Origin: Lingula anatina
Lineage: Eukaryota; Animalia; Brachiopoda
DNA length: 64,000 nt
Assembly: GCA_051362555.1 (NCBI GenBank)
Contig: CM120641.1
Coordinates: 47,436,401-47,500,400 of the forward strand
Direction: 5' to 3'
The translations under genes were made by a program, and so were the position numbers. The notes beneath the pieces were generated by a model. That model made no database searches. It was not told the origin of the DNA and saw nothing but the letters and a program-made list of their open reading frames with translations. Of the stretch, positions 12,721-28,300 are shown piece by piece. Each line of letters opens with the position of its first letter. Position 1 is the stretch's first letter.

Positions 12721-15601
12721 ACAAATCGCTTTGGCAGTTGGCCAGACACCTCTTGCACCGACTGTGATCAATCAAGTTGATGAGCCGCACGTCAATCATG
12801 CTTGATTTATGTCAGCTTTAGTTCTTCGTGTATACACTTGAAGAGAGGCAAATAAAGGATAAACCACACGGAATTGGTAATTCTAATCGCTGAAAGTATA
12901 CGCAATTTGTGCGTGAACAAAGAATTTGAAAGCCGATCCTGTAGGAGATGGAAGTTTGTATCCGTCTGGGTTCTCCTCGTAAACTTACGGCATTAAATTT
13001 GGATGAAAACTAAGCCCTGGCTTGACGCTAATGGTTGTATATGGGGCCCGCGGACGGGATCAAAGGCAAAGGGACGGTTATCAATCAATCTCCCACGAGT
13101 TGGGGTGTTTGGAAACAGATTGGGGCTGACGTGTTGAAAGAGTTGACAGCTTTATGTTGACAGATAGGACAATTAAGCGGCGGCTTCAAAGCCCGTTGTA
13201 TGGATGCTTATCGCCCATAATAAATACTATATGTCCCCCTTGCATGGAGTCTTGCCTAGCGTGATTAAAGCATTGAAGGAGCAACTTTAGAGCCTTTGTT
13301 CTCAACCTTTAATTTCTGAACAATCTGACCCGTAGGGCGGGAACTTGACTACGGGACTCATTACTTGCACATGTCGCCCCGAGGCACGTCTAAAACTGTA
13401 CTTCAGTATGATTATTTGACAGGAAAATTGCAACAACATTATAGCGTAATCACTGACTTAAATTTCATGCGGAGCTGACCTCCGTTGTCATGCGGGGCCA
13501 CACATACACCGGCTCTGCGCACTCACAGGTCAGCCCCTACCTTTGAAGTTGAACAAGACAAATGACAGACGTCCACCTTCGTGTCATGTAGTATTTTTAC
13601 AGACGTGCAATAGCAAAAGCCTAGCAATGCAGCTGTTAACTTGAATTAGTTTAAAGCAGAGCGTTCAAAGATGTCTGCCGCAGTTTTAAAGCGATTGTTA
13701 ATTAATTTATCTACAGCACGTTTTTGGAATAAAAGAGCAACCCTATCCATCTAGGACTGATCAATGTTGTGATAAAATGTACAACAGCTGGGTCCAGCAA
13801 AGCGTACAGAATTTAAAGCCTGTCTGCATAGTTTCCATATTGTGCTGCAGAGCTCCATAGGGCCTGTTTGTGTCGAGGTGGGGGTTCCTCAAGGTGTAGG
13901 GTTACAAATACTTGCGATCGTGACGTGCTCTCTTCAGACTTACACACTTCAATAGGTGAGGGTTATAACTCTGATCAGCACAACTATGTTATCTCTACAT
14001 GGTGTGAAAAGCGTCTCACGGACGCTATGTATGTGATCACGAGGTTAAATGACTTTGAAAAATGCGAAGAGGTGGGCAAATTGTTACGTTCCCTTGCCCA
14101 AACGAGACGGTAGGCTACGCAGGACGCCTTTGATGTTGGCCGCCGTGTTTTGATAGTAATCGGAACGCAGAGGCTTTAAGTAAATTAAGCCCTATCAGAC
14201 GTGTCAAGTGGTACAAGGGAACTGTTTAGACACCCCGCCTTCTCCATCAATCTACTTGAGAACCCCTGTGAGCCAAGTGACACTTCGCTAATGGCATTCG
14301 TTCACCAGGGAGGAGAAAAAGGGGGACCCGGGTCTTTTATTTCGTGGATCAGAATGCAAGATAAAACGCACACTAGAAAATGAGCCTTCTGTAGGGGTTT
14401 ATCGATATGAAAACCAAGCCTATTTTACTACGCCTTGACCCCGCGGCTTAAATTTCTAAGTAGCGTTGTTTTCTCGCCTCCCCCGTTAATAGTAGACTTC
14501 AAAGCCGACCGAAGAATGCGTCAATCAAACTGGATGTTGACAGATAGTGTGAGTGACAGCCCAAAGCCGATTAACTTCGTTGTGTCGGGGAAGTCGGGCA
14601 GGATGCCCCCGTTGTGTCCGTGCAATCGAACGGAAGATATTGAACAGCAACATATTCTGTGAGTTTGAAAGGGTCTAGAATGCCTGCAGATAACCACCTA
14701 GGCAGCCGGCTCCCCCGCCGTACCACCTAGGTCGCACGCTCACACCCACCAGTACAAAGCTTGGAGACTTCGCACTTTTCGCATTAGCAAGTAATCGACA
14801 ATCCATTAATCTTCATTTCCATCCTGCTTGTTAATTACCGAGTTATGCCGTGGTCTTTTAAAGCAATTAGAGCAACAAATATCGACTGACTCATGTCGAT
14901 GGAGGCTCCACTATTATTTGCCAGAGTTTTAAACACTTTCTGACCTGCAACGGGCAAGTCGGGCGAAGAGCTGAACGACTCGAAGCTAATTAAGCGAAAT
15001 TGTGTCGGGATTCGATCAAGTAAATTCTTCACTTAAGAATAATTGTTAGTAACATTTTGCACCAATTTGTGCAAATTGTTCTGGTCTTCGATCTTGTTTA
15101 GGTGAAAAGTTTGCACAGGCGGTAAATAAACAAGCGCGGCTTTGAACTCGGTCGGTACGTCTGGGATTCGTAATGGCAGTAGAGTGGTAATGGACGTAAA
15201 TATTTTATTAGCACTATCGAAAGTCGGCAAACTATCACTAGATGTTTCCCAGACTTTAAAACGAGTGTTTAGATAAGTGATAGGTAACTTAAATATGTAT
15301 GCTTCTTTAACTAAACGCTGCACATTTTCCTACAAAAACTAAGCATGTTACTTTTGTCATATTGTGTCACAAAACAATTAAGACAATCAAAATTAAATTA
15401 ACTACCAAGTATTTCCAATAAAGTTCTTTATATTTCCCAATAGTATCTTTTCATTGTAAATTACTTTCCCGTTAGAGGTCAGCACCAGACTGTTAACTAT
15501 TTTTACCGTCAGATGCCAGCACTGTATGGTGCACTAGCCAAACACTTAAAACAAAGAGGGCGCTAGCAGCTGGAGAACAAGATATTAACACGTGACTTTC
15601 C

Positions 15602-16581
15602 TTATTTATTCTTCAGATAGTTTCGTATTCTATCTGATATTGTGCTTCTTTCAAACACTAGAAACTGGTATTTAATGCCACTATCCTGAAGGACATCAGA
15701 AGTTCTGAAAAGGCAAATAAAAATATATCAATATTTTTAAGTAAAAGGATTAATTTTTAAAAATTCTGTAGAATAATTGTGTCGTGTTTATCTTAAATAC
15801 ATTTTAAACATGCATTAAACTTAAAATACTCTCAATTCATTATAGAGACTTGTTTGAAAAATTACCACACCCAAAAGAAAATGTCTTTAGTGTGAACACC
15901 GGACCAACTTAAACAATAATGTAAAGGAATACTGCATCACAGTTGTTAAACAGGCACAGTAGTAAAGTGGAATAAATATAAATATATTTAAGCATAACAT
16001 GACAAACATACATACTCTATTTCATGGTATATGTCTTCAAATGGTGGGAAAAAGGTGTCAGCATCAAAATCTCTGTAAATCTTTGTAAGATAAATTCTTC
16101 TACAGTTGGTGCATCCAATTGCCTCCTGTAAAATGTGGTAACTTTATTGTTATAATAATTTATAAATTTATTTATTTTACTAATTATTATTCCAGTAAAA
16201 CAGGTTTTCAGAGCAAACATTTGCTAAGGGACAAATAAAAATTGCATTTTCTATGTCATTTTTTATGTTTTGGTAGGAATTACTATTCAAACGATGTATT
16301 TTCTATGAAACACAACTTCCTTTTAAACAAATTGAGACAAATAATGAAAATGACCCACCTTGAAGACCATTTCTCCCCCCATCACCCAAATCTTCTCCAC
16401 CTGGTCACATAATGGTGGAGATGTCACATATTGCACAGCATCATCCAGGCTCCTGGCAATATATTCCACATACTCTGGCCTTTCACTGAATAGGAAAAAT
16501 CATGCAAGATAATACAATGTATCTTCTCTTACCAAAAAATTGGACATTTTGTACATTGTTAAATCTGTTAAGTCCCAGAAT

Positions 16582-16612
<31 letters not shown>

Positions 16613-19185
16613 GAAATAGAGAATAACCCCCAACACCACCAAGTGCCACCCCCCCCATACCCTACCCTACACCTGTATTGTGCAAGTTTACTTCAAATTC
16701 AGAAAAATATGCATATAATTTTTTTAAAATAATGATAAAAAAAAATTATCAGCTTAAAGATTTTTTTATATTTTTGCTTTAAAGCTTACTTACTTCATAG
16801 ATCTACTAATGACCACGTTTATCACAGAGGGGTTGGACTTTTCTTCAAGCCCCGTTTCTTCCCAAGTTACTTTGCCTTTAATATGGACACACTTCTTGCC
16901 TGAAGATATATAACCAATCTGAATACCTTTAATCAATAATCTTCACACCACTGTTTCATCGATCTGTAAAAGTGCCTGTATAAGTCGGTGCCTGGTAATA
17001 GTCTTAAACCTTAAAAACCACACAGATATTTATACCTACATACCTGGATCACTCACATCAGAAGTCAGGTTTATGTAATGCTCATAGTCTCCTCTGCAAA
17101 CAAAAGCAATATAATGTTTTAAAATCTGATCTGATAAAAGGCTTTAAATTTGACAAAATACATTTAAAATCTTTTTGATAAATACTTTGCAGTTCTCTCT
17201 AACCAGTTACATGTTGCTAATGAATAAATTTGGAGCGGAATCATAATATTGTAATTTATAATTAATTGATGAATGATAATAATTCATGTGCTATATAAAT
17301 CTCAATAGATTACACAGGTAGCTAGGATACATTATTACAACTTAACAGTGACACGATAGAAGTACTTCACAGACTGAAAAGAACCTTCTAACAGAAGTAA
17401 TTGGTGCGCTCTGATTTTGAAAAAGTGCATGCAATATACTATAAAATACATGAACATGACTGACAAAAGGGATCATTTATTTAAAATATTATAGAAATCA
17501 CAAAAAGAAAAATTATAAAAAAACATGGTGTGTATTTTTTGTTAAGTCTCTATAGAATGATTTACTTTTTTATCACGATTATACAAGAAACTATGCAAAA
17601 AAATCTACTTTATATTACGTATATTGTATACATAAAATGTGTCGTTATATAACAAGTGAATATAACCTCATATTTCTGGGTTACCCACAGCCCTGTTGTT
17701 CACTTACAATACAGCATGAGCTATTCTTTTGCAATATTAAATTACTTTCAATGTGTGCAAGCATTATTCATTTTTTTCAAACAGTATCTTTACCAATAAT
17801 AGGCATATGGACCATGTATTTTATAACATTCTTAATGGTTTTAATAAGCAATAAAATAATGATAAATATTTGTAGAAAGGTTACACTAATATGCTTACAG
17901 AAAATTAAGTGCTGTTTCTTACAACCATTTCCATTTTACCAAATACGTCAATGGCATGCACCCAGTGGTTACCCTCTCCCAGGGTGACAGATTGATTTTT
18001 CACAAGATATTCACAGATATTTATGTCTTAAGATAAATAGACAGTCATTTGATTCTCTGGCTTTTTGAAAATTGGCCAATAATATCTGCTACCCTGGTAG
18101 AGAGTACCAGTGGTTATGGGATCTCATCAGCATGTCTGTGTCATTTTGAATAACTTCATTCTTCCACATGTTCAACAGTAGAAGCCATGTTTTTATGCTG
18201 TTTGAAATTTAGGATAATCAAATTTCATTTTTTTTTTCATTAATCAGTAAGTGGCATCACACTTTCAGACAGTTACATACTAGTATTGATACAAAATCAC
18301 AGAGCTCTTGTGAAGAATTTTGAAATCATGGATCTGATTGGCATAGAACTCAAGGCATGAAGTATTTGGTCAGAAGGTACAGGAAACGGCAGAACTGTGG
18401 TGATGATAAGAGTTTCCAGTGATACTGCTATTCTGGGTACTATACAATCATAATATGTGAAAACCAGAAAATATGAATCATTTCACTGGCTTTTCTGTAC
18501 TCCAGAATGCAATATAAGAAAATGTTGAACCCTAGCTCTACTTCACAAGTTTTTGGGTAAAAGAATATTTTAAGAGAAACTTATGGAGTAGAGAGTTCTA
18601 CCAATGTTATCACCACTACTAAACTGAACCAGTAAAAGGAACAGTGCATAAGGCATTTTGGTATCAAATCTTATTATTTTCAGTCTCTGCGTACATCTGA
18701 AAGATATGCCACTTCCATGTCAAAAGATATCCGTTGCTGAACTTGCAATGCAAAGTGAAATGGCAAAGAATTGATGTGATCATTCATTTATTATAGCTAA
18801 AAGAAAGTGAAGTGAAAAGTAGTCTGAAAAATGTCTATTTATAAATGTCTACTTAGAAAGGTATATCTGGATTTTAAAAAATGACAGTGATGATTAGTGA
18901 GTACTTAAAAGAATTGTTGAGGATATGTACACCAAGTTAATTCAATTTTTAGGCCAAAACCCCATGCCTTGTCTCTGATATGCACACAAAGAAAAAAGAA
19001 ATAAAATGAAAACATCCAGACTGGTTTAGAAAAGCAAGGGTGTTACAGCAGCTCTCTACTACACATATGCCCACATATATGATGTATTGTACTTACTTAA
19101 TGTAAGGCCATGCTATTCTTCCATTTTTGCCTATCCCTCTATTATTGCACATAGCAGCACATATACTGAAGTACCTTCCCCTAAC
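15602..19185 (-). CDS. Second, divergent DHFR-fold unit (194 aa); 6 exons, no start codon of its own; probably the C-terminal domain of a tandem DHFR isoform
   Basis: Exons 19185-19097, 17093-17044, 16899-16794, 16485-16359, 16125-16016, 15704-15602. All are GT-AG, open, and have the same intron phases as the upstream DHFR. Translation: VRGRYFSICAAMCNNRGIGKNGRIAWPYIKGDYEHYINLTSDVSDPGKKCVHIKGKVTWEETGLEEKSNPSVINVVISRSMNERPEYVEYIARSLDDAVQYVTSPPLCDQVEKIWVMGGEMVFKEAIGCTNCRRIYLTKIYRDFDADTFFPPFEDIYHEIETSDVLQDSGIKYQFLVFERSTISDRIRNYLKNK*. Confidence 0.88.
16582..16611 (+). repeat. Poly-G tract (30 G) in an intron of the second DHFR unit
   Basis: Read directly; it produces the spurious poly-Gly ORF 16502..16732. 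Confidence 0.9.
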
Positions 19186-20055
19186 CTACAAAATTTATTA
19201 TATTTTCATTTCATTCTTCATTAAAATGCACTCTATAATTACCTAATACAGGGACAGGGGAGGGGGTTATAGTAAGCACTGCAAGGAATAGAACTTTTCA
19301 GTGGGAACATTGTGAATTTTACAGAAACAGCATTTTTTAAGTTGTAAATTCTTAAAGCAACAAGACTGAAAAGCAGGTTGCCCTATTGTTCTGTGCTATT
19401 CAGTAAAATAACTAAAAATGCAGTATAGATATACAACATTTAGGATTCTAATTCTAAAGTTATATTTCTGAGAGATTGATGTAGTTTGCCCATTAAAAAG
19501 ATTGAGACATAACTGCATATTTGTGGAATAACATGTAGTAATATCAAATGTGGCTGGCAGGACAATATGCTTTTAACTGCCCAAACCAAAAGCAACTTAT
19601 TTCCGCATTTAACACATCATTTCTCAAATTTGTGGTGTTGGGACGAATATATAAACACATCACTAAGTATACATAAAAGTCATACAAAAAGACTTTTATT
19701 CCAAGCCTAATTCTTTTGCATAAATTTTCAGCTGCCATAAAAAAACATTATCATGGTTGTTTGTCACACTAAAACTTAATCTACATAAAATTCCCATTTA
19801 ATTAACATCTACTCAGAAACAATCAGATGCAAAAAGTACAAAAGTACAAAATCAGACATAATCAGGCTATCACAATCAAAAAGTCCACACTTATTATAGG
19901 ATTCCACAATTACTTTTCTTAGTGCCCATAAGAACTCTTTCAGGAAGCCCACATTAAGTTTCTTATTTTGTCACAGTGCTTGTTGCAACTTCTGTACTGT
20001 AATGTTCATAAGAGTCTTGAGATTCTTCTTTGGTTTGCATGTACAGTTATTGATG

Positions 20056-22012
<1,957 letters not shown>

Positions 22013-22375
22013 TATCACAGGTTTTATGAGATAAAGATTATGTAGGTTACAAGTAGTATTATTTTGCGCTAAATATGCTCTACTTTTATGAAGGTTACAA
22101 TGAAATTAGCGGCATTTAAAATGCGCACATGTTATGCGCATATCGCTTAAAACATTACGAAAAATACCACGAATCCTCAAGGATACTTGTGAATGATTTT
22201 CTGAAACATTTTATTATATTATATTAACAAAGAGTTAAATTTTTTAAACTAACTAAATCTCAAACACCCAGAAAAAAGTTACATTATATCAATTTTATTA
22301 CCTAAGCGATCTTTTCCATGTGGTGTGTTTCACGTGTACACAGAAATCTCAAAGGAACCTCAATTTGTGAATGAA
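22013..22375. promoter_or_regulatory. Putative bidirectional promoter between DHFR and DDX21
   Basis: The divergent ATGs are only 363 bp apart. E-box CACGTG at 22331-22336; weak E2F-like TTTTGCGC near 22062. Confidence 0.65.
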
Positions 22376-25300
22376 ATGGCCCAGCTAAGAGAAGATGATA
22401 CAGCGGATGTTGTAGATAATGTTGTGGCCAAAAAAGAGAAGAAGAGTAAAGACAAGGTAGGTTTGTTGTTTAATGATTTCAAAGACCAAGATTAAGGTAG
22501 CCTGTCTTTCACAATCAGTGAATCACACATTGAAATGGCTATCTACACGTGTTCATCATACCCCTTGTTACTTTAGTTAAGTACGTAAAATGGGTCTTAG
22601 TCGGTCAAATATTTCTGGCGTATGGTTGACAAATAAAATGGTTATTATTACACGTGACATGGGTCTTAGTCGGTCATATATTTCTGGCGTATGGCTGACA
22701 AATAAAATGGTTATTATTTTAGTACTTTCCCTCTCCTTTAACCCTCTCTACATTTCAAAGAATCAGCCAGTTTACCTGTTCAACTTTATATATTCACTCT
22801 TGTGTTTTTGTCTGATACTGACAGGGGAATTTAAGTTTAATAACTCGAACTTGTATTGGAACCCCTTTTTTCATCTCTCCCTGTTTTGAGTAGCATTCTA
22901 ATTTCTACTATAGTACTAAAATTCCAGGGATTTTGCTGGCAACTGAGATATAAGTGTATGAATATTTGTCCATCACACTGTCAAGTCCTGTCATCAATTA
23001 CCACTATTTTAAGTCGGTATAAACTCAACACACGTCTACATATATACCTCAGTGTTAGTGAGTACACCAAGATCTCGTCTTTCACAAAATTTTTGTGTGT
23101 CATAGGAAGTCACAGCACTTTACAACACCTCTCCCCCAATCTCCTCCAAGCGCAGCAGAAACAATCTTCTGGAGCAACGACCCCTTCACTATGAAACAAT
23201 TAAGCAGAAAATGAGACAGTTGATGAGTTTAAAGTTTAAGATATGGTGTGTCAATGCTCATTACCCTGTGGTATAGTGATTCTACATTTCTAGATATAGT
23301 ATAACTAATTTTCAGAATATGTATGGCTTCTAGGAGAGCAGAGGTATGAGAACGCAAAGATAAACCCATGAATCTTGTGACCTGTTTGTTTTGTTATGTA
23401 TCCAGGTCTTTTATATTTTTACGAGACATACAGATGGAGTTAGTTCCATAGGTTATGACGGGGGACACCAGTGCACCCCATATATACGATTTAGGTTTTG
23501 TGTCCCTTAAAACACACCCTATGCGACATTGCTCCATAATATGCCTTGGTTGCAGAACCAATTTCTAGCAGCATTATTGTTCTCATCAAAGAACACATAT
23601 GTACCAGTTACCCCAAGATATATATTGGGAAAATAACCCAACCAGGTTTTCACTATTTCTTCTGACCCTTTGAAACAGTGGCAGTGGATCAGGTATCTTT
23701 TCTGCGACTATTTAATATAGTGTGCCACACAGCGTCATCTACAGCAGAGTTGTTGTGCAGACCTCGGGCCTTGCAGGACCAGAACTTGCCTACCTTCAAG
23801 CCTGACTGCCCTGTCAAGATTTTGATTCTGAGTATCCCACTCACCCGAAAGTTCGGTGCCTACCCTCACCAAGTGTGGCGACACCACTGCCTTTTTGAAT
23901 TTTCCCCACTCCACTGGTGTAAATGTGTGTTTACAGTGTCATGGGTGATATCCTACTGCTACAAATGCTCCTTCTGCTCTGATCGTCGTGATTTCCTCCT
24001 CTCTGGGATATGTAAGGGGATCACACTGCAACTACCCCAGCTATGGTGACCTTGCTCTCAAGGACAGGTAGTGGCCCCAAGATGTCCATGTTCCCAGCTA
24101 TGTGGGAGAGCCCAAATTTCCCCCTCATTTTATCCACATGGCAATGGGAATCAAAGACTGTCAGTGGCTTAGTATAGGCAGTTGTTCTTTTTCCTCAGCA
24201 GATGGCTCAAATAGGAATTGAAACTCTTGACTGTCCTCATTCTACAGAAATGCTCACGAGACTGAAGCAATAGCTCTATGTAGATTGATCCAACTCCATG
24301 AGACTTAATGCAATCAGTTAATATTAACATGCCTCATCTTTTGTATTCACCAGCTGTTTTGTATTCGACTCAGCACCAGGTCTTATTGTTTTCAGAAAAA
24401 GAAAAAAGAGAAAAAAGATAAAGAAAGAAAACGAAAAGCAGAAGCTGCAGAAGTTGAAGAGAATGGTGAAGTGTCCCCTAAGAAAGCAAAAACTGAAATA
24501 AATGGAAAACAATCCTCGAAAAAGGCAAAAACAACAGAGGAGGAGGAGACCCCACCATCCATAGATCTTCCAGAACTGACCCAAGAGCAACAAGATGGAG
24601 CTTTCAGTAAATTCAGGATATCTAATCCAATGGTTGAAAAATTACAGGGTAAGAAATGTAGTGTTCTCTCTCTGATTTAAAATATTGTCTAAATTAATTT
24701 CAGAATAAACAGTTAAAAAGATTGGTGGTTTTGATCCCAAATAACCATGTTGAGCATTCAGTTGTAAATGAATTACCCTAGTTTAGTTCATTTTGCAGTG
24801 TAGTTTACCTGTTTTATTTCCAGGGCGCAGTGTGACGTACTTATTTCCAATCCAAGCACAGACATTCGACCATGTTTATGATGGCTTTGATGTCATTGCT
24901 CAAGCCAGTGAGTTCTTTACATAGTGTGACTTTATGGATTTTACTGGTCTTTAGTTTACAATTTACAAATTTTATACTATTTATCCTAAAATTTCAATTC
25001 TTTTATGTCCTGTACATTAGAAAAGTAAATGTAAAGCTTAATTTCTGTCTTATTGCTGAGTATTATTGAATTATACTTAATACTTATCACCACAAGACTA
25101 ATACTGGTATTTGGTAATTTTGATCTATTTTTCAGGAACTGGAACTGGTAAAACAGTGAGTATTTTTTATTTTTAAAGTCCTTTAAAGTAATATATAATG
25201 TTATAGACTTTTATTTTATCACAAGTTGTTAAGTTTAGCTTTTATTCAACATTTTCAGTAGGAGCAAGCCACAACAGATAATGTACCAATAGGTTTCAAT

Positions 25301-28300
25301 GTTGAATTGCTGCTAAGAGATGAACTTTGTTTCAGTTATCATTTGCCCTACCACTGGTAGAGAAGCTGCAGTTAGAGGGGACCAAGGGGAAGCATGGAAG
25401 ACCACCCAAGGTAAACATTTCAATCTGACTTGTTGTTCAACTTAATTTTTTATTTTCAATATTGAGAAATGATATTTAAACTGTAATTATCTGTTGCATT
25501 AATCATGACAGACTTAGCAATAGCAATCTTAGCAATAAATGTGTGTTGTATGATTAATTAATTTGTTAATAGTATAAAATTACAATATGTAACATATTTT
25601 GGTTATCTTCCACTGCAGGTTTTGGTGATGGCCCCCACCAGAGAGCTAGCAAAGCAAGTCAGTGAAGACTTTGAGTCCATAACAGAGACCCTGAAGGTGT
25701 TCTGTATATATGGAGGTACAGCCTTTGCTCCCCAGGGTAAGGAAAACCACTCCCACTAGGATGGGGGAGAAAATAAAACTTAGCTTACAAGATCAGATTT
25801 TTTATTTCCTGTGTTCAGAAGCATAAACCGCATGCCATATTTTTACATGTCTTGGTTAATGATAGAATTTACATCAATATGACAATCTTAGCATGAAATT
25901 GAGGAAATGTCATAACACTTGAAAAATGTCTGTATATACTGGTACAGTTAATATGATAGCAGTTTTTCACTATTATCTTAATATTTTCTGTTTGGAACAT
26001 AGAAGACCCCTTGAGAGATTCAGATATTCTACCAGTTAATGTTGGCAATCACACCGTAACAGTATAAAGAGACATGAATGTTGAGGCACAATTGACAAAA
26101 CATTTACTTCGCAGTTACCTTTTAGAATGAAGTAATTTTTCTTCAGTCAACAGCTTTATATTGAAATAGTTTGTACCTCTATAATTTTGATGTCCAGCAG
26201 AACGGTTACCTTAAGCTTTTGAAACACTTAATACCAAGTTTCATCTAGTCAGCAGAGTTGATTGCTTTTGTCTTCAGAGCAAGCCATCAGGAAGGGTCTG
26301 GACATTCTTGTGGGGACACCTGGCCGTATCCTGGACTATGTCCGCAAGGGGACCCTGGACCTGGTCCACCTGAGGCACGTGGTCCTGGACGAGGTGGACA
26401 GGATGCTGGACATGGGGTTCACGGAGTCTGTGGAGGAAATATTACAGGCGGCGTACAAGACTGGTAAGATGGATGGTTTTGACTTTGGCCTAGACTTGAT
26501 ATAATTTTGTGAATGTTAGTTTGTTACATCTGTATTGTAAGTAAATCGGGTGTTAAAAATTAGCTTTTATAGAATAGATTAAAACTTATATAAATTCCTA
26601 AATTTAGGTTAGTGGCAGGGACAGATACCTTTTGGGAAATGAATAGTTTTGTCTGTTGCTGACATGGATTTTAGGTTATTAAATCTGTCATTTAGCAGGT
26701 ATTTTTCTCAGTAGATTCACAAACAACCACTACAATAAGATATATTTTGCATTACAAAAAGATAAAAATAGTAAATCTGCTGTGTTGTGTCAGGTGGTGT
26801 AGCTGATGCCCTGGCTGGCAGTCCTGATACCCCCCAGACCCTGCTGTTCTCAGCCACCCTGCCCCCCTGGGTTCACAAGACAGCACAGAAGTACATGAAG
26901 GGAGACGTGAAACACGTGGACTTGATTGGTAACCAGGACATCAGGACTGCCACCACTGTCCAGGTGAGAACTGGTTAACACCTTTTAACACCTGTACAGG
27001 TGTATTGAACATCAATATGTGATGGCCATGCTTGCAGATGTACATTTTTGTTAAGTGCTTCAAGATTATAATGTATCTTGGTTAAAGATTGAGGAATATT
27101 GGAATATTTTATACACTTAATAATTTTCTGATTATTTAGTTACTGCTGTGAAAAACTAAAATACACAGCATTTGGTATTTGTTGACTTCAGACTTCATCA
27201 TCGGGCATAAATTTTGTAATATTTTGTATTGAACACTATGAACTGACATGAAAACAATACCATATTGTGAGATGGTCATTTTGTGTGGTGACATTTCAGC
27301 ACATGGCTATCAAGTGTGGGTACCAGGACAGAGCAGCCACCATAGGTGCAGTGATACAGGTGTACAGTGGGAACCACGGCAGGGCCATGGTCTTCTGTCA
27401 GACCAAGAGAGACGCTGATGAGCTGGCCGTCAGCTCTGACATCAAAGTGGAGGCCCATGTCCTCCACGGGGACGTTCCACAGGAGAAGAGAGAGATGGTG
27501 CTGAAGGTAAGGTTATATAGAATTAGGAAAGCACCAAGAAAGTGCAGACCTCTACCAAGGCAGCTCATTATTAATTGATTAATCAATGAATCAATCACTT
27601 CCAAATTCTTGTCAATTCTAATTTGGCCAATTGCTGACTTACCCTGAAAATTTTTTCAAAATCCCAGAGTAACTTCATGAGTTGAGCTGTTAACTAACAT
27701 ACCAAAAAAGACAAAAGCATAACCTTTGGCAGGAGGAATTGTGCATAAAATTTCCTTAGTTGTCTGGTTTTACAGTAGCTGTGATCAATCAAGTATGTTA
27801 AATTTTACAAGATAACTTCTGACATATCAGATGCAGGCCAATTACAGACATAGGCATATCTAATTCATTTACATTAAAGAACCCCAGATTATTCTTCTCT
27901 TTGTAACAGTAGTAATTTACTATTATGTCTCTCTTAAAGTCCACTTGTACAATAACTTTCAACAGAACTAAGTATCATCCATATTGCTTACAGAAATTCA
28001 GAGAAGGGAAGTACCGTTGCCTGGTAACCACAGATGTTGCTGCGCGTGGTCTGGACATCCCAGAGGTGGACCTGGTCATCCAGTGTAGTCCGCCCAAGGA
28101 CGTCGAGTCATACATTCACAGGTCTGGCAGGACTGGCAGAGCAGGGAGAGAGGGCGTCTGTATCTGCTTCTATAAATTCCAGGAGGAGAGGGATCTGCAG
28201 TGGGTGGAGCATAAAGCTGTAAGATGATGATGATTGTGATTTTTTTTTTAGGGAATGCTTGAACTTAAATTGAATTATGTTGAATTTTGACTTGAAAGGT

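Noticed and set aside
16017-16220. ORF-track 67-aa peptide as a gene
   Set aside because: Wrong frame; the real exon (16125-16016) reads EAIGCTNCRRIYLTKIYRDFDADTFFPPF in another frame.
15602-19185. Second DHFR unit as a processed or decayed pseudogene
   Set aside because: It retains all five introns, canonical splice sites and an uninterrupted frame despite heavy amino-acid divergence.
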